From: Octopus vulgaris
Lineage: Eukaryota
DNA: 64,000 nt
Direction: 5' to 3'
Assembly: GCA_951406725.2 (NCBI GenBank)
Contig: OX597832.1
Location: forward strand, 12,958,001 to 13,022,000
This document shows positions 1-14,514 of this stretch, one piece after another. The notes beneath the pieces were generated by a model. The model worked only from the letters and a program-made list of their open reading frames with translations, did not search any database and had not been told where the DNA came from. Each line of letters starts with the position of its first letter. Positions within the stretch are counted from its first letter, which is position 1. The translations under genes were made by a program, and so were the position numbers.

Positions 1-820
1 AAAAGAAAATTACGTTTTATTAAAACTTTGTGGTTCCTTGATATAAACTTCCCCATGAAAATGCAATTTATAATATAATGGAACAGGAGCGTGGTTTCAT
101 GAAATTCCAGGTTCAATTGTACTGCGAATTACCAGGGTAAAGTGTTTTTTACTCTAGCTATGGGTACATCAATGGCATCTGAATGGAACTTGCTTGCCTG
201 AAACTGGTACTGAACGACGGTGTGGGACAACTATCTTTATAAGAAATACACTAATGAAATAACATTTACAGCTATTTCTCCTCTAGCGTAAAAAAAGAAT
301 GCTCACTACAAAACCAATCTTCTATTTTCTATAGTTATAAATGTTTACATTGAGAATGAAATTAAAGACAGTTTATGATGCACACAACAGTTATAATACT
401 GATATCAAGTTTTGTCTCAAAACCAGGAATTAAGGGGAGGGAATAAATCGATTACATAGACACTACTGTTCAATACTACTGATGTTATCAATTCCGAAAG
501 GATGAAAGTTTAAGTCGGCATCGGCACAATTGGAGCTCAGAACGTTAACATAACATTTGTAATTTTCTTAATGTAATTGACTCGATAAACTCCGGATCAA
601 AATCGAAGATCTACTCTATAACGTTAGATCTATTATACATAAAATATTCTATTCTACTGTAGACACAAGGCCTCAAATGTTTGGGGAGGTGGGAGCAGTC
701 GATTATATCGATACCGGTACGCAACTGGTACATAATTTATCGACACCGAAAGGATGACAGGCAAAGGCGACCTCAGCGGAATTTCAACTCAGAACGTGAA
801 CACAGACGAAATACTGCGAA

Positions 821-855
<35 letters not shown>

Positions 856-858
<3 letters not shown>

Positions 859-1079
859 TTGCTATTATGCAAAGTGTGTATAGTTCCAAAGCGCTGCTTT
901 ACCATTCCATAGCATAACCGTTGTACTACACTTTGTCAATGTTTGATATCTTGGCATCTGAATCAGCTGGAGATACGATACTTTGACCAAAAGCACCGGC
1001 TATAGCAAGGAAAAATAAATATTGAACAAAACGCATTCGGCCAAATTTGGACATACGGCAGTTTAACAAAATAGCAAAG

Positions 1080-1080
<1 letters not shown>
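856..1080. mobile_element. Short element with imperfect terminal inverted repeats inserted in (TA)n
   Basis: Left end tcattgctattatg vs reverse complement of right end tctttgctattttg (12/14); (TA)n on both flanks. Confidence 0.5.
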
Positions 1081-1153
<73 letters not shown>

Positions 1154-1975
1154 TGTGTGTGTGTGTTTATAAAATCATTAAAGTTCAATTTTCAGAGATA
1201 TGTATTTAAAGCTTTTGTAAACAAAGTTATTAGAAATTTAATTCCAAGATTCACTGACGAAGTGTGTGTTTAATACTTTGAGAAGCGATTATATATAGTC
1301 ATGAGAAATTGGTATTGCTGTTTATATTCTAATAGAAATCGTACAATGCTAAATAGAAGTTAAGAACACTCCGATGCAATCTCATTCAATCTAACTTCAT
1401 ATATTAATTCCAAAAGGCAGAGAAGATATTAAATTCGAAATAACATATTAACATAATCAAAAGCTCTTACGAGTACGTTCGGAAAAAAATTTAATTTTGC
1501 TACAATTCACTTCCACAGTAGCTTTATTAGTTGCTCGACCAACTACAAAAATCAGTCAAATTTCTTGATCTTGGGAAGGGAAAGAAGACATTGTATAATT
1601 CCTGTTTAGATATTCACTTAGAGAGGATACAATCTTATGGCAAGAATACTTTGAATGGGCCAGCTCCACTGGATTGCCCAAGGTTTAAACAGCAATAACA
1701 ACGTAGTAATGGTTTCAAATTTTGGTATAAGACCGGCAATTGTAAGGGCAATTGTAAGTCGATTCCGTCGACATTAGTGCACAACTGCTACTTATTTTTC
1801 AACCCCGGAAGGATAAAAGGTAAAAATGTGAACTCAGAACGTACGGACGGATCACATGCCACTAAGTTTTCTGCCCGGCGTGCTAATGATTCTTATTTCT
1901 TTACTGGTAATTAATTTATCGACCCCGAAAGGATGAAAAGCAAAGTTGACCTCGGCGGAATTTGAACTCAGATCA

Positions 1976-2215
1976 AAATACCCATTTCTTTACTACTCAC
2001 AAGGGGCTAAACACAGAAAGGACAAACAAGGACAGACACACGGGTTGAGTGGATTATATCGAACCCAGTTGGTAACTGGTACTTAATTTATCGACCCCGA
2101 AATGATGAAAGGCAAAGTCGAACTCGGCGGAATTTGAACTCAGAATGTAACGGCAGATGTAATACGGCTACGCATTTCGCCCGTCGTTCTAAAGTTTCTG
2201 CCATCTCGCCGCCCT
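1976..2215 (-). mobile_element. tRNA-derived SINE family B, near full-length; degenerate copies alongside at ~410-545, ~650-820 and ~1710-1975
   Basis: Minus strand starts ggcggcgagatggcagaaac (A-box-like), has ttctgagttcaaattccgccgag (B-box GTTCAAAT) and a body shared with many copies in the window. Confidence 0.85.
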
Positions 2216-3054
2216 AGAAAAACGTAATAATGGCAATCCGATCAATAAGCCGTGTTAGAATCTTGTGCTCTGGACAATCAAGTCATTTGTCAAAGAAATT
2301 GCTCTCCTAATATACGAAAAAAAATAGATAATAGAGTCGACTTTAGATTATGATTGACTAACTCAAACTTAAAATATGACGGACAAAATGACCGAATGCT
2401 TATCACAGACATGCTTTTGTGGGTTTTCTAGATCAAAGCCGATACTAGACTACAGTACAGCAAGAGTAACTATGTAACAAAAAGTGACAAGAGCAACTAC
2501 ACTGATAGTTAAAGATGTTACGTTCACAATTACGAAAACCTTAAGTGCGAAAGCATTGCATAACAGTTTCATAGATTGTATTCTATCATTACTTCAGGTT
2601 GATATAAACATTATTAGTGTAATTTAGGAGTTGGAAATTGTGTAGATATATTGGAGAGGTAAATATATAGAACACGCTCAGTTATAGATAATGCAATGAT
2701 GACACTGTGAGAGAAATAAGATTATATTTCAGTTAAAATCACTATCATATGAGAGTAAGTAGCTACATTGATCGAAAACCTGGAAATATCATCCTGTGAA
2801 ACTAAAATGGGATCTATTCAATAAACACTGCTTCTAAGTTAATGATGTTAGACGAAATAAAATTGCATTAGTTGACTTGAATGGAAACTAATTTAGAAAA
2901 GAAATAAGGATAGATCTAGGAAAATTAATTTTTATTACACTAATTGACAAAATATACACACTTAAAAAGAGAAAAAAATGTACATATATTTTCAATCAAT
3001 AAGATGAAAATGAAGTAGTAATTAGTTAACAAGATCTGTTTTTTCTCTGCAAAC

Positions 3055-3116
<62 letters not shown>

Positions 3117-3176
3117 TGTATGTATGTATGTATGTATGTAGGCATGAGTGTATATATGTATATGCACGTATGTATG

Positions 3177-3220
<44 letters not shown>

Positions 3221-4187
3221 CACACGTGTGCTTATTGCACTTACTTCCGCATACACATACACAAATACACGTATTGTAGGCGTGAATATATATATATATA
3301 TACATATATTTATATATATACACACACACTCACAGATATATATGCATAAACGCTCACAGATTCACACACACGTGCATATAAACACTCACATACATAAATG
3401 CATACACTTGAATAAATACACAAACACATACAGCTACACCAACACACACGTACACAACACACACACACACATATATGTATGTATATGTTTATATATGTAT
3501 ATTTGAAACCAAAATTATATCATTGAAAGAGGTTGTTAAGATCTAATCGATATCGCCGTTATGTCAAACATTCTTTCAGAGTTTTCTTTGTTCTCTACTT
3601 TCCCTTTACAAGTAATAGGAAATGTAGGAATGCTGTTTTTAGTTCTGCTAAATATAATTTAAAAAATTAAAATTGTTAAAGACTGACATTAAAAAAAAAC
3701 GCGGAAAGAATGAATATAATTTCAATTTGCTACAAAATTCTAGCCCGCATAATTAAAGGAACCGCTTCTATTTATATCAATAAAGACCACAAACTCACAC
3801 ATACACACACGTATATAATTATATTTTTAATGCATACTATTTTATTTATGTAGACAACTGTGCATGTGTTACTCGTCATATTAATTTTTTCCTGATCAAA
3901 TTGTAGCATTGATCAAATTTTTCCTCATCGTTAATGCAAGAGTAGTCTTTAATTAATGATTGCTACATTATAGATGTTACCGTATAGTTTTTCCCATGAA
4001 GATAGTGTCGTACGTAGTTGACCTCATTCAAAATATTTAGGCTTTATCTAGTAGAGTAATTCAGATAGGATCTCGTTTACATAAAATGCAATGTATTTCA
4101 TCATGTTTAGCGCTTATCGTATCATTTAGTAAAAGATGGTAATTCAGAGCGCACGACTTTATAACTTTTATCGAATACTCTACAATT

Positions 4188-4382
4188 GGTTTCAAATTGT
4201 GACACAATGCCAGCAATTTATTTTCGGGGGAAGGGGTAAGTCGATTAGATCGATCCCAGTGATCAATTGAAAGGATGAATGATAAAGTCGAACACAGCGT
4301 AATTTAAACTAAGAAAATAAACACTGATGACATACCGCTAAGCATTTTTCCAGGCGGGCTAACGATTCTGCCATCTCGCCGT
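4188..4382 (-). mobile_element. SINE family B, diverged copy
   Basis: gctaacgattctgccatctcgcc head and ggtttcaaattgtgacacaatgccagcaattt tail shared with other copies. Confidence 0.75.
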
Positions 4383-6842
4383 CTTTGCATCCCCTAATAT
4401 CGGCTGATAAACTAAATATGTGTAAGCAGGTAAATTAATGAATAGGTAATGATATGGGAAGTGTGATATTCTGGATGCTCTAGGTTAATTGTAGGAATTA
4501 CTAGAGAAAGAGATGTGTGTATTAGTATCGTGTTTGTGTTAGGCTACTAGTTAGTGGTCAGGGGAAAACCTGTGGTAGTACATAATGAAAATGGTGGGAG
4601 AATAAACAGCGAGTCTATAGACCAGATGTCTGAACGTGTCAAATGAATCTTTAGCAAATCAATATTTTATCAATTTTAGAAACAATTTATATAGCAAAGG
4701 TACCGTTCGTTATGTGAATACAATAATTTTATTCTTAGCGGAGCGTTTTAGATCGCCAGAAAATTATAACTGTCAAGTAATTTTAGGGCTTGATTATGTT
4801 TCGGTTATATTACATTTATTATTTCTGTGAGTTCATGATGGGAACTTGTAAAACATTCTAAACGAGTTCAAGAATTATGGATGTTTGTTGTTCATGTGTA
4901 CAGAGTTTGTGGAACAAGGCTGTTTTTATGGCTAGATTGATACGATGTATGTTATTGCTAATCAAAGCATTTGCGCTATCAATCGTAGATGAATTTTTTT
5001 TGAAGTAGCTCCACAAAGATTTATGGTAGGTCCGGTTGATTTTATGCTTCATTTATATAAGTGCATCGTGTTGAAATAACTGAAAAATCATCATAAATTT
5101 ATCAATGGGGCGGTGAAGAAGATAAAATTTGGAATGCACCAGTAAGCTCTGGAACCTCTTTCACCAAATTTTGCGAAGGAGGCGGATTAATTTCAAGAGA
5201 CCCTCACAGCCTTATAAGAAATTGTCCCTTCTAGTAATTACACCTTATATTATATTATTTCCTCTATTCTAGTGGACATAGAATTTTGTTTTTGCGATTA
5301 TTTGAGACACAATTTTCAATAGATTATCTTACAATTGTTCTTAATTCTAACAATTTGTTCTCCTAGATTCCAGTTAAACTAATATTAAATGTGTTGCAAT
5401 AGATAAACAAGCATCGCTTAGGATACAGCAATTATAAAAACTATTTTTACATATATGTATAGATTATAATGGATTTGAATGATTTCAGGTGGCATGAAGT
5501 TTGTATAGAAGATAATTGGATTTATACCATAAGAATATGTATCTGTTTTGGACTAAATATGTCGAGAATAATAACGAAAACTTGCTTCAACAATGAATTT
5601 AAGTATTTCTTGTTGTTTATTTGTCTAAATACATTCTGTTCCAGCAGACATGTAATTAATGTAATTTCAACCGTGACTATCACTTTTACTTACTTGGCAA
5701 AATGCACAAATTACGTAAGTTTTATGTAAATATCTTGTATCTGCAAGTTTAGTATTGTGCACCTAAACTTACATATACATCCAAAATGGAAAAATATATG
5801 AGGAATTAGATATCATTAAAGTCGTACTACTAGTGGGTGTCTTTATGTCTGGGAATATGTCTCTCACTTTATAATGTCAGCTTTTAATATTTTAGCTACA
5901 CGAAGTAAATGAATTGGGTGAATCACTAGTTTTAGAAACCAAATTCCTTGTAGCATTATTTTGTTACAGCCATCGACGACCATAGTTCAAATTCATCCAA
6001 AGTTCTACTGTAATTTCCTTCATTTCGGGGACGTAACTCGACAATCAGTTTCATCAATGTAATCTCACTAAATAATCACGAGGTCGTGCAAATTCACTGG
6101 GTAAGCGTCGAACGATAAAACATACGGGACCTGAGTGACTATTTTTATGTTCTGGATGTGCATGATATTGAGTTAACTTTAGATTTCAGTCTAAACGATT
6201 GCACATTCATTCAAACACTTTTACTGTTGTAGTGAGCCAACATCACATTTAAATATTTGAAGTACATGAGGGCGTTTGAATATCAATATTTAGAAAGGCG
6301 TACGAAATATTACTGCATATACGTTTGTGCTTCTTTTATTCTATGAGTTCAATTACTAGCTATCACGTCAACTCTGTCTGATATTCTTTCGAGATCGATC
6401 AAATACAAAGTTTGATCGAACTCATTGTAATTTATCCTCCAAATGTGTGATCTAATGGTTTTAGAACTTCATAATTCAGCTACATTATATCATTAATTCT
6501 TAAATGTATGTGTGCCAGTTTCCACAAGGATCATTTAATGAACAACTGAAATCTTTGATTATAAAATTAGAATAATAGAGGTGAAGTATTAAATAAACAC
6601 ATGTAAACTTAACATAAGCCATAAGAGGAAGCAGCGTATGATGTCAACGGACATTTGAATAACAAGTACAATGCATTCAACAGGTTTCCAAATATTTTCT
6701 TTCTACTCAACATCATTCAAAAGGATTAGATAGAGTCGTAGCTACGAAAAATGATACTTTCAAATGCCCGTGAGATTGCGAAGCGAACTTCTTCAGCAAT
6801 AGGCAATTGGTTTCCTTGCTAAACTACAGATATTGCTTTCCA

Positions 6843-7224
6843 GGAGGCGCAATGGCCCAGTGGTTAGGGCAGTGGACTTGCGGTCGTAGGATCGCGGTTT
6901 CGATTCCCAGACCGGGCGTTGTGAGTGTTTATTGAGCGAAAACACCTAAAAGCTCCACGAGGCTTCCTGCAGGGATGGTGGTGATCCCTGCTGTACTCTT
7001 TCACCACAATTTTCTCTCACTCTTACTTCCTGTTTCTGTTGTACCTGTATTTCAAGGGGCCGGCCTTGTCACTCTCTGTGTCACGCTGAATATCCCCGAG
7101 AACTACGCTAAGGGTACACGTGTCTGTGGAGTGCTCAGCCACTTACACGTTAATTTCACGAGCAGGCTGTTCCGTTGATCGGATCAACTGGAACCCTCGT
7201 CGTCGTAATCGACGGAGTGCTTCC
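6843..7224 (+). mobile_element. tRNA(Arg)-like-headed SINE (family C, resembling the octopus OR-type SINEs), full-length with TSD
   Basis: Head ggaggcgcaatggcccagtggttagggcagtggacttgcggtcgtaggatcgcggtttcgattccc with A and B boxes; TSD attgcttt at 6832-6839 and 7225-7232. Confidence 0.85.
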
Positions 7225-8689
7225 ATTGCTTTTCTGTTTATATTTACATTTTACTTCAGTTTTTAACCGCTATGCTTACTATTTCGTATTAAAACTTGTT
7301 ACAAAGTAGTTGCGGATTCAGAGTTACCAGAACTTTAGTTCTGTTTAGAACCAGCATCAACGTAATTCGTATACATTAAACATTCTCCGTTTGGTATCCA
7401 TGTTTCTTTCTGATTTTGAAGATAAATCGTTAAAATGTCAGCGGGTGACATTGGCAGATTAGTATTTTATATTATTCTAGTTTATATGGCAGGAGTGGTA
7501 TAATTATCAAACGTTTTGTCCGAATTCCAGTTATAAATCAAATACAAAAATACATAAATTCTATTAGTGTTTATGTACAGTAGTCATTTTGTCAAACAAA
7601 ATTGCTGTTTTTAGCAATTAAACTGCAAACATACTTTGAAGTATTGCAGCAGATTGATTATAGTCCCACTTTGAAAAATAATAAATAACAAAATATTTTT
7701 AGATATTGTTTTAAATCTATTCAGTTTTGTTGTACTTCCTTCATGACAGATACCAAGAAAAATAAATGAAAGTTTCAAACTCTACAATATAAATTTAAAA
7801 CTTCTGCCTTTTATTTTTATATGAAATTGTCGTCTGAAAGTTTCGCTGCCCGAGAGATCGGAATGTAAAAGAGATGATCTTGTTCTGTTTATGCTTCAAG
7901 ACACTTTATTTAAAATCATTAAAGAAATGGAAATTCATTCCTTTCATTTCTACAGGAATCGGTATAATTTGTTTTGGATATAGATCAATGAAAAAGAGAA
8001 TTATTCAATTACGAAATTACAGAAAAGATAAAATATTTGCGAATGTTTAGAATTATCTGATGGCTATACATTGCATTTAGACTCCAAAATATGTAAGTTA
8101 TAACATTTACATGTCTAGTCGTAAATTTACAAAAGACTTATATTATTCATAGTGTATATATTAAATAAAGTGTAATACGTTTGAACCTCCATACGATGCT
8201 GAAAATTTGAACATATAAAAGAGGATCCAGCGTAAAATGGAATTGATCTCGGGCATCAGGAAAATATATATATTTGATCATCAAATACTTGTATCAAACA
8301 CGTGCACGTAGGCACATATCTCTAGTATGCATATCTATAATACGCACATACAGGTACACATGTGCACACACACACACATTCAATAGTTTGTGAAAGATTA
8401 AATTCATCAATGCGAAGTTTATACATATCTGGGATTTATATATATATAAATTTATATAAATAAGGATAAGATCGTTATTTACATACCGAACTTATCAAGT
8501 GGCCAGCATGGGAATAAAAACCTTCAAAGGTAATAATTATTATTCAAATTATAATTTAGGGTATCTAAGTGATACCACGACACTTGAAATAGCAGTCAAA
8601 ATTTGACTCTAAGACCACATTAAAAGTTCATAGAGCACCAGGAGAGAAGACTAAAAGACAAAATAAACTATCAAAAATATTAATGGATA

Positions 8690-8740
8690 ATTCCAGATCC
8701 CGGATTTCTGACTTTGCACAAGTTGCCTCTTCAGTGGAAT
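8690..8740 (-). ncRNA. Type-I hammerhead ribozyme-like motif
   Basis: Minus strand AUUCCA-CUGAAGA-GGCAACUUGUGCAAAGUCA-GAAA-UCCGGGAUC-UGGAAU: 6-bp stem I, intact core boxes, stem III AUC/GAU, AUC triplet; stem II imperfect. Confidence 0.65.
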
Positions 8741-8814
8741 ATACGCAGCACATAAATACAAATATATATATATATATACAACATGCGAATACTTACATAT
8801 ACGAACGTATGCAC

Positions 8815-8960
8815 AGCGGTTCGGCAAAAGAGACCGATAGAATAAGTACTGGGCTTACAAAGAATAAGTCCCGGGGTCGATTTGCTCGACTAAAGGCGGT
8901 GCTCCAGCATGGCCGCAGTCAAATGACTGAAACAAGTAAAAGCGTAAAAGCGTAAAGCGT
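8815..8960 (+). mobile_element. SINE family A, 5'-truncated (3' half)
   Basis: agcggttcggcaaaagagaccgatagaataagtac...ggcggtgctccagcatggccgcagtcaaatgactgaaacaagtaaaagcgtaaaagcg, homologous to the 3' half of 47147-47554. Confidence 0.85.
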
Positions 8961-9108
8961 ATATATGCATATATATATATATATACATCCATATATAATA
9001 TATATGTATATATTTATACATATATATAAGTATATACATATATTTATATATGTAAGAATATATATATATGTGTATATATATATATATGTATATATATATA
9101 TTTATATA

Positions 9109-9204
<96 letters not shown>

Positions 9205-9519
9205 GGAGATTAATAGACCTACGAAATAATTTTATCTCAACCTATTGCCTCAGGAATTATAATAGCAACGGTTTAGCTCTGAAAGGACTACATTCTGTAG
9301 TTAGAGAACTGCGAATCAAAGTGAGTGATAAAGGCATTTACCAAAATATATTTTTGGAATATTTAAATGATATCTAGAGGCATTGCTTTCAAGAATTTTT
9401 GTAAAACAGGAATTTTTGAAAGTGAGGCAACTAGAGTAGATTAAAACCCATCAGTTTATGGAATAAATATAGGCTATAAATACACCGTGCACAGAGAGAC
9501 AGAGAGAGAGAGAGACAGA

Positions 9520-9536
9520 CAGATAGACGGATAGAC

Positions 9537-9633
<97 letters not shown>
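9520..9633. repeat. (GATA)n followed by (GATT)n microsatellite
   Basis: Direct observation. Confidence 0.95.
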
Positions 9634-9635
<2 letters not shown>

Positions 9636-9781
9636 GAGTTTCTGTAGTACATTATTATTTGAAACATAATTTTGAAAGTGAAGCCACGAGATACGGTCAC
9701 CAATATTTGCCAAATGAATTCTGAATCTGAAATTTAGATACGGATGGTATTTTCTATGACTACCAGTTTATACTTAATATA

Positions 9782-10022
9782 GGTTTCAAAACTTGACACA
9801 AGGCCGGCAAGTACGGAGGAGAGAGAGTAAGTCGGTTTCATCGACCCTAGTGTTCAACTGGTACTAAATTTATAGACGCAGATAGAATTAAAGACAAATC
9901 GACCCAGAAAGAATGAAAGGCAAAGTCAACCTCGGCGGGATTTGAAATCAGAACGTGAAGACGAACAAAATGTTGCTAAGCATTTTGCGCGGCGTGCTAA
10001 CGATTCTGCCAGATTGCCACCT
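9782..10022 (-). mobile_element. SINE family B copy with a short internal duplication
   Basis: ggcgtgctaacgattctgccagattgccacc head, gaatgaaaggcaaagtcaacctcggcggga body, ggtttcaaaacttgacacaagg tail. Confidence 0.8.
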
Positions 10023-12028
10023 TTGTTTATTTTAACTATTGTTTTAAAAAAAGGTTACAGTATAGTCTACGGAACTTAATATTAGTTTATACTTTAACTA
10101 AACCGATTTTCAGGATCGACAATTCATTGTGACATTTGTTCTTAATTATTTAGTTGCTACACTTTAGAGATTAAGTTCGAATTATGCCGATGTTAAGTGT
10201 TCTTTATTATTTCTATGTTGTTAAAAATGTTGTATAATAGCGTCACGCAAAATTTTGAGCTTTATTTCAATATAAGTTCTCATATCACAATAAATATTTT
10301 TGACTTTTGTTCCTCTTTGGATTATTCCTTCTTTTAACGACTAAAGAGTGAGAAGTGCAGTGCTTACAAAACTTTTACGAGTTCTGCCGGCTCATGTAAA
10401 GGATGGAGAAATGTATTCTCAAACCTGACATCTGAGCGAATTCATTACACTTCGCTGAGGCGCTCAATTGTTACGTGGTAGTTTTGAACTGCGCGATCGA
10501 TTACGAGTGCCACTCATGATCAAGATCAATTTCTTCGATTGGCTCCCACACACCTTTGGCTGCCAAATTTTATTGAACCAGGTTTTACAACTTGTAGACA
10601 TAAACAGAAACACTTGCCCAGAATGCTAACAGATATAAGCCTCGTGGCTATAGAGACAGCATCTTCACTACACAGCTATTCTAGTGTCACTAACTGATTT
10701 CTACATAAATATTGCATACATGGAACAGATTCTTTTGCACTGTCATCGCGTCTAAAGATTTTGCGATAATATATGCGATTTTCTCGGCTACAAGCCTTCC
10801 TGTATTTACTGTAGAACAATAGCAAATTTATTCAAATGTCTGAATACGTACATGATATTTCTCTGAGAATGAATCAGCTGTCTTAAACAACAGACGCCTA
10901 GAGGATCCTTTCAGTAAATGGGATAGGAATTTAGCAATAATACCATTTAGCTATTAATATTTACGACACCAACAACCTGTTCAAACACAGACAGTATTAT
11001 GTTTGATTTAGTTACTAGGAAAAGCATCCAAATCTCCTTCAGATCATTCATTACCATATCAAAGAAAGAGACATTGTATAGTATAGCTTACCACATAGGC
11101 AAATAGATGAGATAATCAAGGCAGTGAAAAAAGAAGTGCTCGCTAAACAGCTGAACTGGTAATCAAGGACAGGATGAAAACAGTAGCAAATTCGACAATG
11201 CTACACGCTATCTTATTTTCAGTATGAAAATATAGAAAATTTTTCACAGTCTAGTGTCAGTGGCTTACCTAATGTAATTATAAGTCATTAGCGTAAATAA
11301 TGTTGTTTCTTGTTGTTATAATTAACGATACTACCCAGGAGTATGGAAAAATATCACGTTTTTATTTTTACTGCTCTATTTATATACTAGATCGCAATAA
11401 ATACAGCTGTTTCGCCAACCTGACAAACAGTAATTGCAATCTTCCTGCATCGATATGTATTTATATCGAATCTACATATATAAGAATTGTTTGTTTACAT
11501 ATATTAAATGTTTGTTTATGTTTTGTTAACAAGAAGTTTACTTGATAACAAACAACTCCAGGTAGAAATGCAATCACATATTTTGGCGTATCATAATAAA
11601 ATATTTCTTTTTTGTTTTACTGTAATCTACATTTATATATTGATACTGTTTTTTATGATTATACATTATGTCAGTGCGATATTTTCGGTGTGCAATGCAG
11701 TTTAGGATCATAAGTATCTCACATATAAAGCTGACTTTGTTTCTGTGGATACTTAAGGTGGAACATTCGATGAAATTCATAAATCGTTGCCTGATGAAGA
11801 GAAATAGAATATTCTCATTTCACAGAGGTATAGAAACCATACGCAGAGAGATAGAATTGTTATATGAGGCCTAATTGACAAACAAATTAAACATTGATAA
11901 TTTGCATTACCTTAAATGATGAAAATATTAAGAACTAGACTTACAATAGACGTGGTAAATTATATCATGTTATAATTAAAGTGAGATATATACATGCACA
12001 CACAACTCGCCCGCACACACTCACACAC

Positions 12029-12083
<55 letters not shown>

Positions 12084-12100
12084 TACATATATATATATAT

Positions 12101-12308
12101 AAAGTTAATCCAAACATGAAAACACAAAGAGAAAACACAACAACGCGAGGACGTGGAACAAATATAGTATTATTGGACGCTCAAGAAAAGGAAAGAAAGA
12201 AGGAGGGTTTTACGTTTCGAGCGGAGCTCTACATCAGAAACATAGGAAAAGGAAAGATCCAGAGAAGGGAAGATGGAGGGAAGAAATCGTCAACGGTACA
12301 CACGCGGT
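12101..12308 (-). mobile_element. Short (TA)n-associated repeat with a minimal hammerhead-like motif at 12207-12241; related to 55852-56065
   Basis: Minus strand GUUU-CUGAUGU-A-GAGC-UCC-GCUC-GAAA-CGUA-AAAC; flanks similar to the 55.9-kb copy (aacaacgcgag...gacgctc...ttttacgtttcgagc). Confidence 0.6.
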
Positions 12309-13414
12309 AGATACATAAATATATATGGTATATACGCACAGTTGTGCGTATAGATAGATTGATAGATAGATTGAAAGACACAGGGAAGTTGAGAAAGCGA
12401 TATGTTTGTATAGCTGTATATAAATAACGTGTCTCTCTGGACACAAGGTTATTCGTATACTAACAATTCAACACCTAAGATGCAGCTGAAAATAATTATA
12501 TATGTTTTAACTATAATTATTTCTCATCCGAAGACTCGATTTTCAAGAGCTAATTTTTTTTTTAGCACAAATAACGTAAATGTCACTTAATTTGTTTAGT
12601 TAACATTGCTTCCCACGTCACATGTCATCCTAATACATGTCACAGGGAGACAATCTGCAAAATACTCACAACCCGCCCTTTGAAACTATATAAATTTCAT
12701 CAATGTATTCATATAAAGTGCAATGATACCTTGCTGTATTGAGGGAATCACAGTATCTTAGCAGTTACAAAATTTATGTTGAGGGAAAGGACAAATCCAA
12801 CTCACTGCAAAAATTTTATGTAAATTAATGGGCTTTGAATCTCAACTTTCCATAAAAGAACTAAACAGCGTTAAAGAAAATTTTAGGTTATGTTAGAGCG
12901 GGGCATTTCAGAGCTTTACATTTCTTAAGAGATTAGAATTACTTTTCTCTTCTCATCACATCGGAAAATTTGAAATTCTCACTTCTCCAAAGTACCTACA
13001 TAGTCATTAAAGTTTTATATATAGCTGCTGCAATGTTGACTCCCTCGACAAAAGCGATGTTCTGATTAGATCTAAGTGTTATCATCTACACCAAGGTAGT
13101 TACATTCATGTTATATGTATTGTATATAACTACCTTACATTATTTCCAAAACGACGCATTTGAAATAGTAGTCTTTGTAGGAAGAATGTGCAAAACCTAA
13201 ATTCAAATATCTATGTTCGTTTATTGCTTTTATGGTCGGTTCAAACTTCACGTGGAACGCATACTCTAAAATATCATTAAATATGCGATTATTCATTTGT
13301 TGTTAGCGGCATCCTCTGCTGATTTCTACCAGGATACACGCATATTTCCAATTTGAGGTGATGAATTTCTTATGGCACATGTATATTCAATTTCTCTTTA
13401 TTCTTCTGGGGTTT

Positions 13415-13630
13415 TTTTTCACTGATTAGACTACGGCCATGCTGGGGCTCCGACTTGGAAAACTTTAGTCTATGAATCGACCCCAGTACCTTTTTATTTT
13501 AATTTAATTCTTTTTTAAATGTTCAGGTACTTATTCTATCGGTCTCTTTTTGCGAACAGCTAATTAACATGGACGGAAACACACCAACACTGGTCGTCAA
13601 GGGATAGTGGGGGACGAAGACAGACACACA
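13415..13630 (-). mobile_element. SINE family A, 3' half
   Basis: gactacggccatgctggggctccg...gtacttattctatcggtctctttttgcgaacagctaa...acaccaacactggtcgtcaag. Confidence 0.8.
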
Positions 13631-13650
13631 AACGTAAACACAAATATATA

Positions 13651-13698
<48 letters not shown>

Positions 13699-13872
13699 GT
13701 GTGTATGTATGTATATATGCATGTATGTATGTATATAATACATGTTCAGTTAATTGAAGAGAAGAAAAGAGAGTTAAAAGCTAATAACTATTTACTAAAA
13801 AATTGGTAATCTTTACATCTTTCGTACTCTCTAAGAAACTTATATATATATAAATTAAAGTTTCTTAGAGGG

Positions 13873-13906
<34 letters not shown>

Positions 13907-14456
13907 TGCATACATATATATACATATATACATGTGTGTGCGCGCGCGTGTGGTACAGATCGGTAAAGTTTTTCGATCTAATAAGAATTACAGTCTTAGG
14001 GTTTAACACACATTAGCTTTCTGCCACTCGAATGCCACACAAACTATTCTTAGAGGACATTGAAACGTACAACATTAACGATACTGTTCACCCACCTGGG
14101 TCAAGGGATATAACTTTAATCTCTCTTTTTCTGTTTTACATTTCTTCTTGCTTTATTCTGTAGGAGTTTTTAACGCTTTTCTTCAAAGAGTAGCTATGTT
14201 TCGGTATTTTGCATCTCTTGAATAACTGTGTGATGGGACATACTATGCTAAAACATCCAGTCCTAATATCGCATTATCAGAGCATGAAACTTGAAGTAGC
14301 TCACATATAAATCTATACTTCTGAATATATGTGTATATATATATATATATATATGCTATAAATCTAGTACTTAAGATCTGATACTTATTCCTTGTTGGAT
14401 CGAGTAGCTTTTTTGAAAATCCCACCAATAAGGGGACTGTATACAATGCTATGCGT

Positions 14457-14514
<58 letters not shown>

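Noticed and set aside
6843-6915. tRNA-like sequence
   Set aside because: It is the head of a SINE that continues into a body and is flanked by a TSD; not a tRNA gene.
11791-11820. CTGATGA followed by a GAGAA/TTCTC hairpin
   Set aside because: No GAAA box after the stem; not a complete hammerhead.
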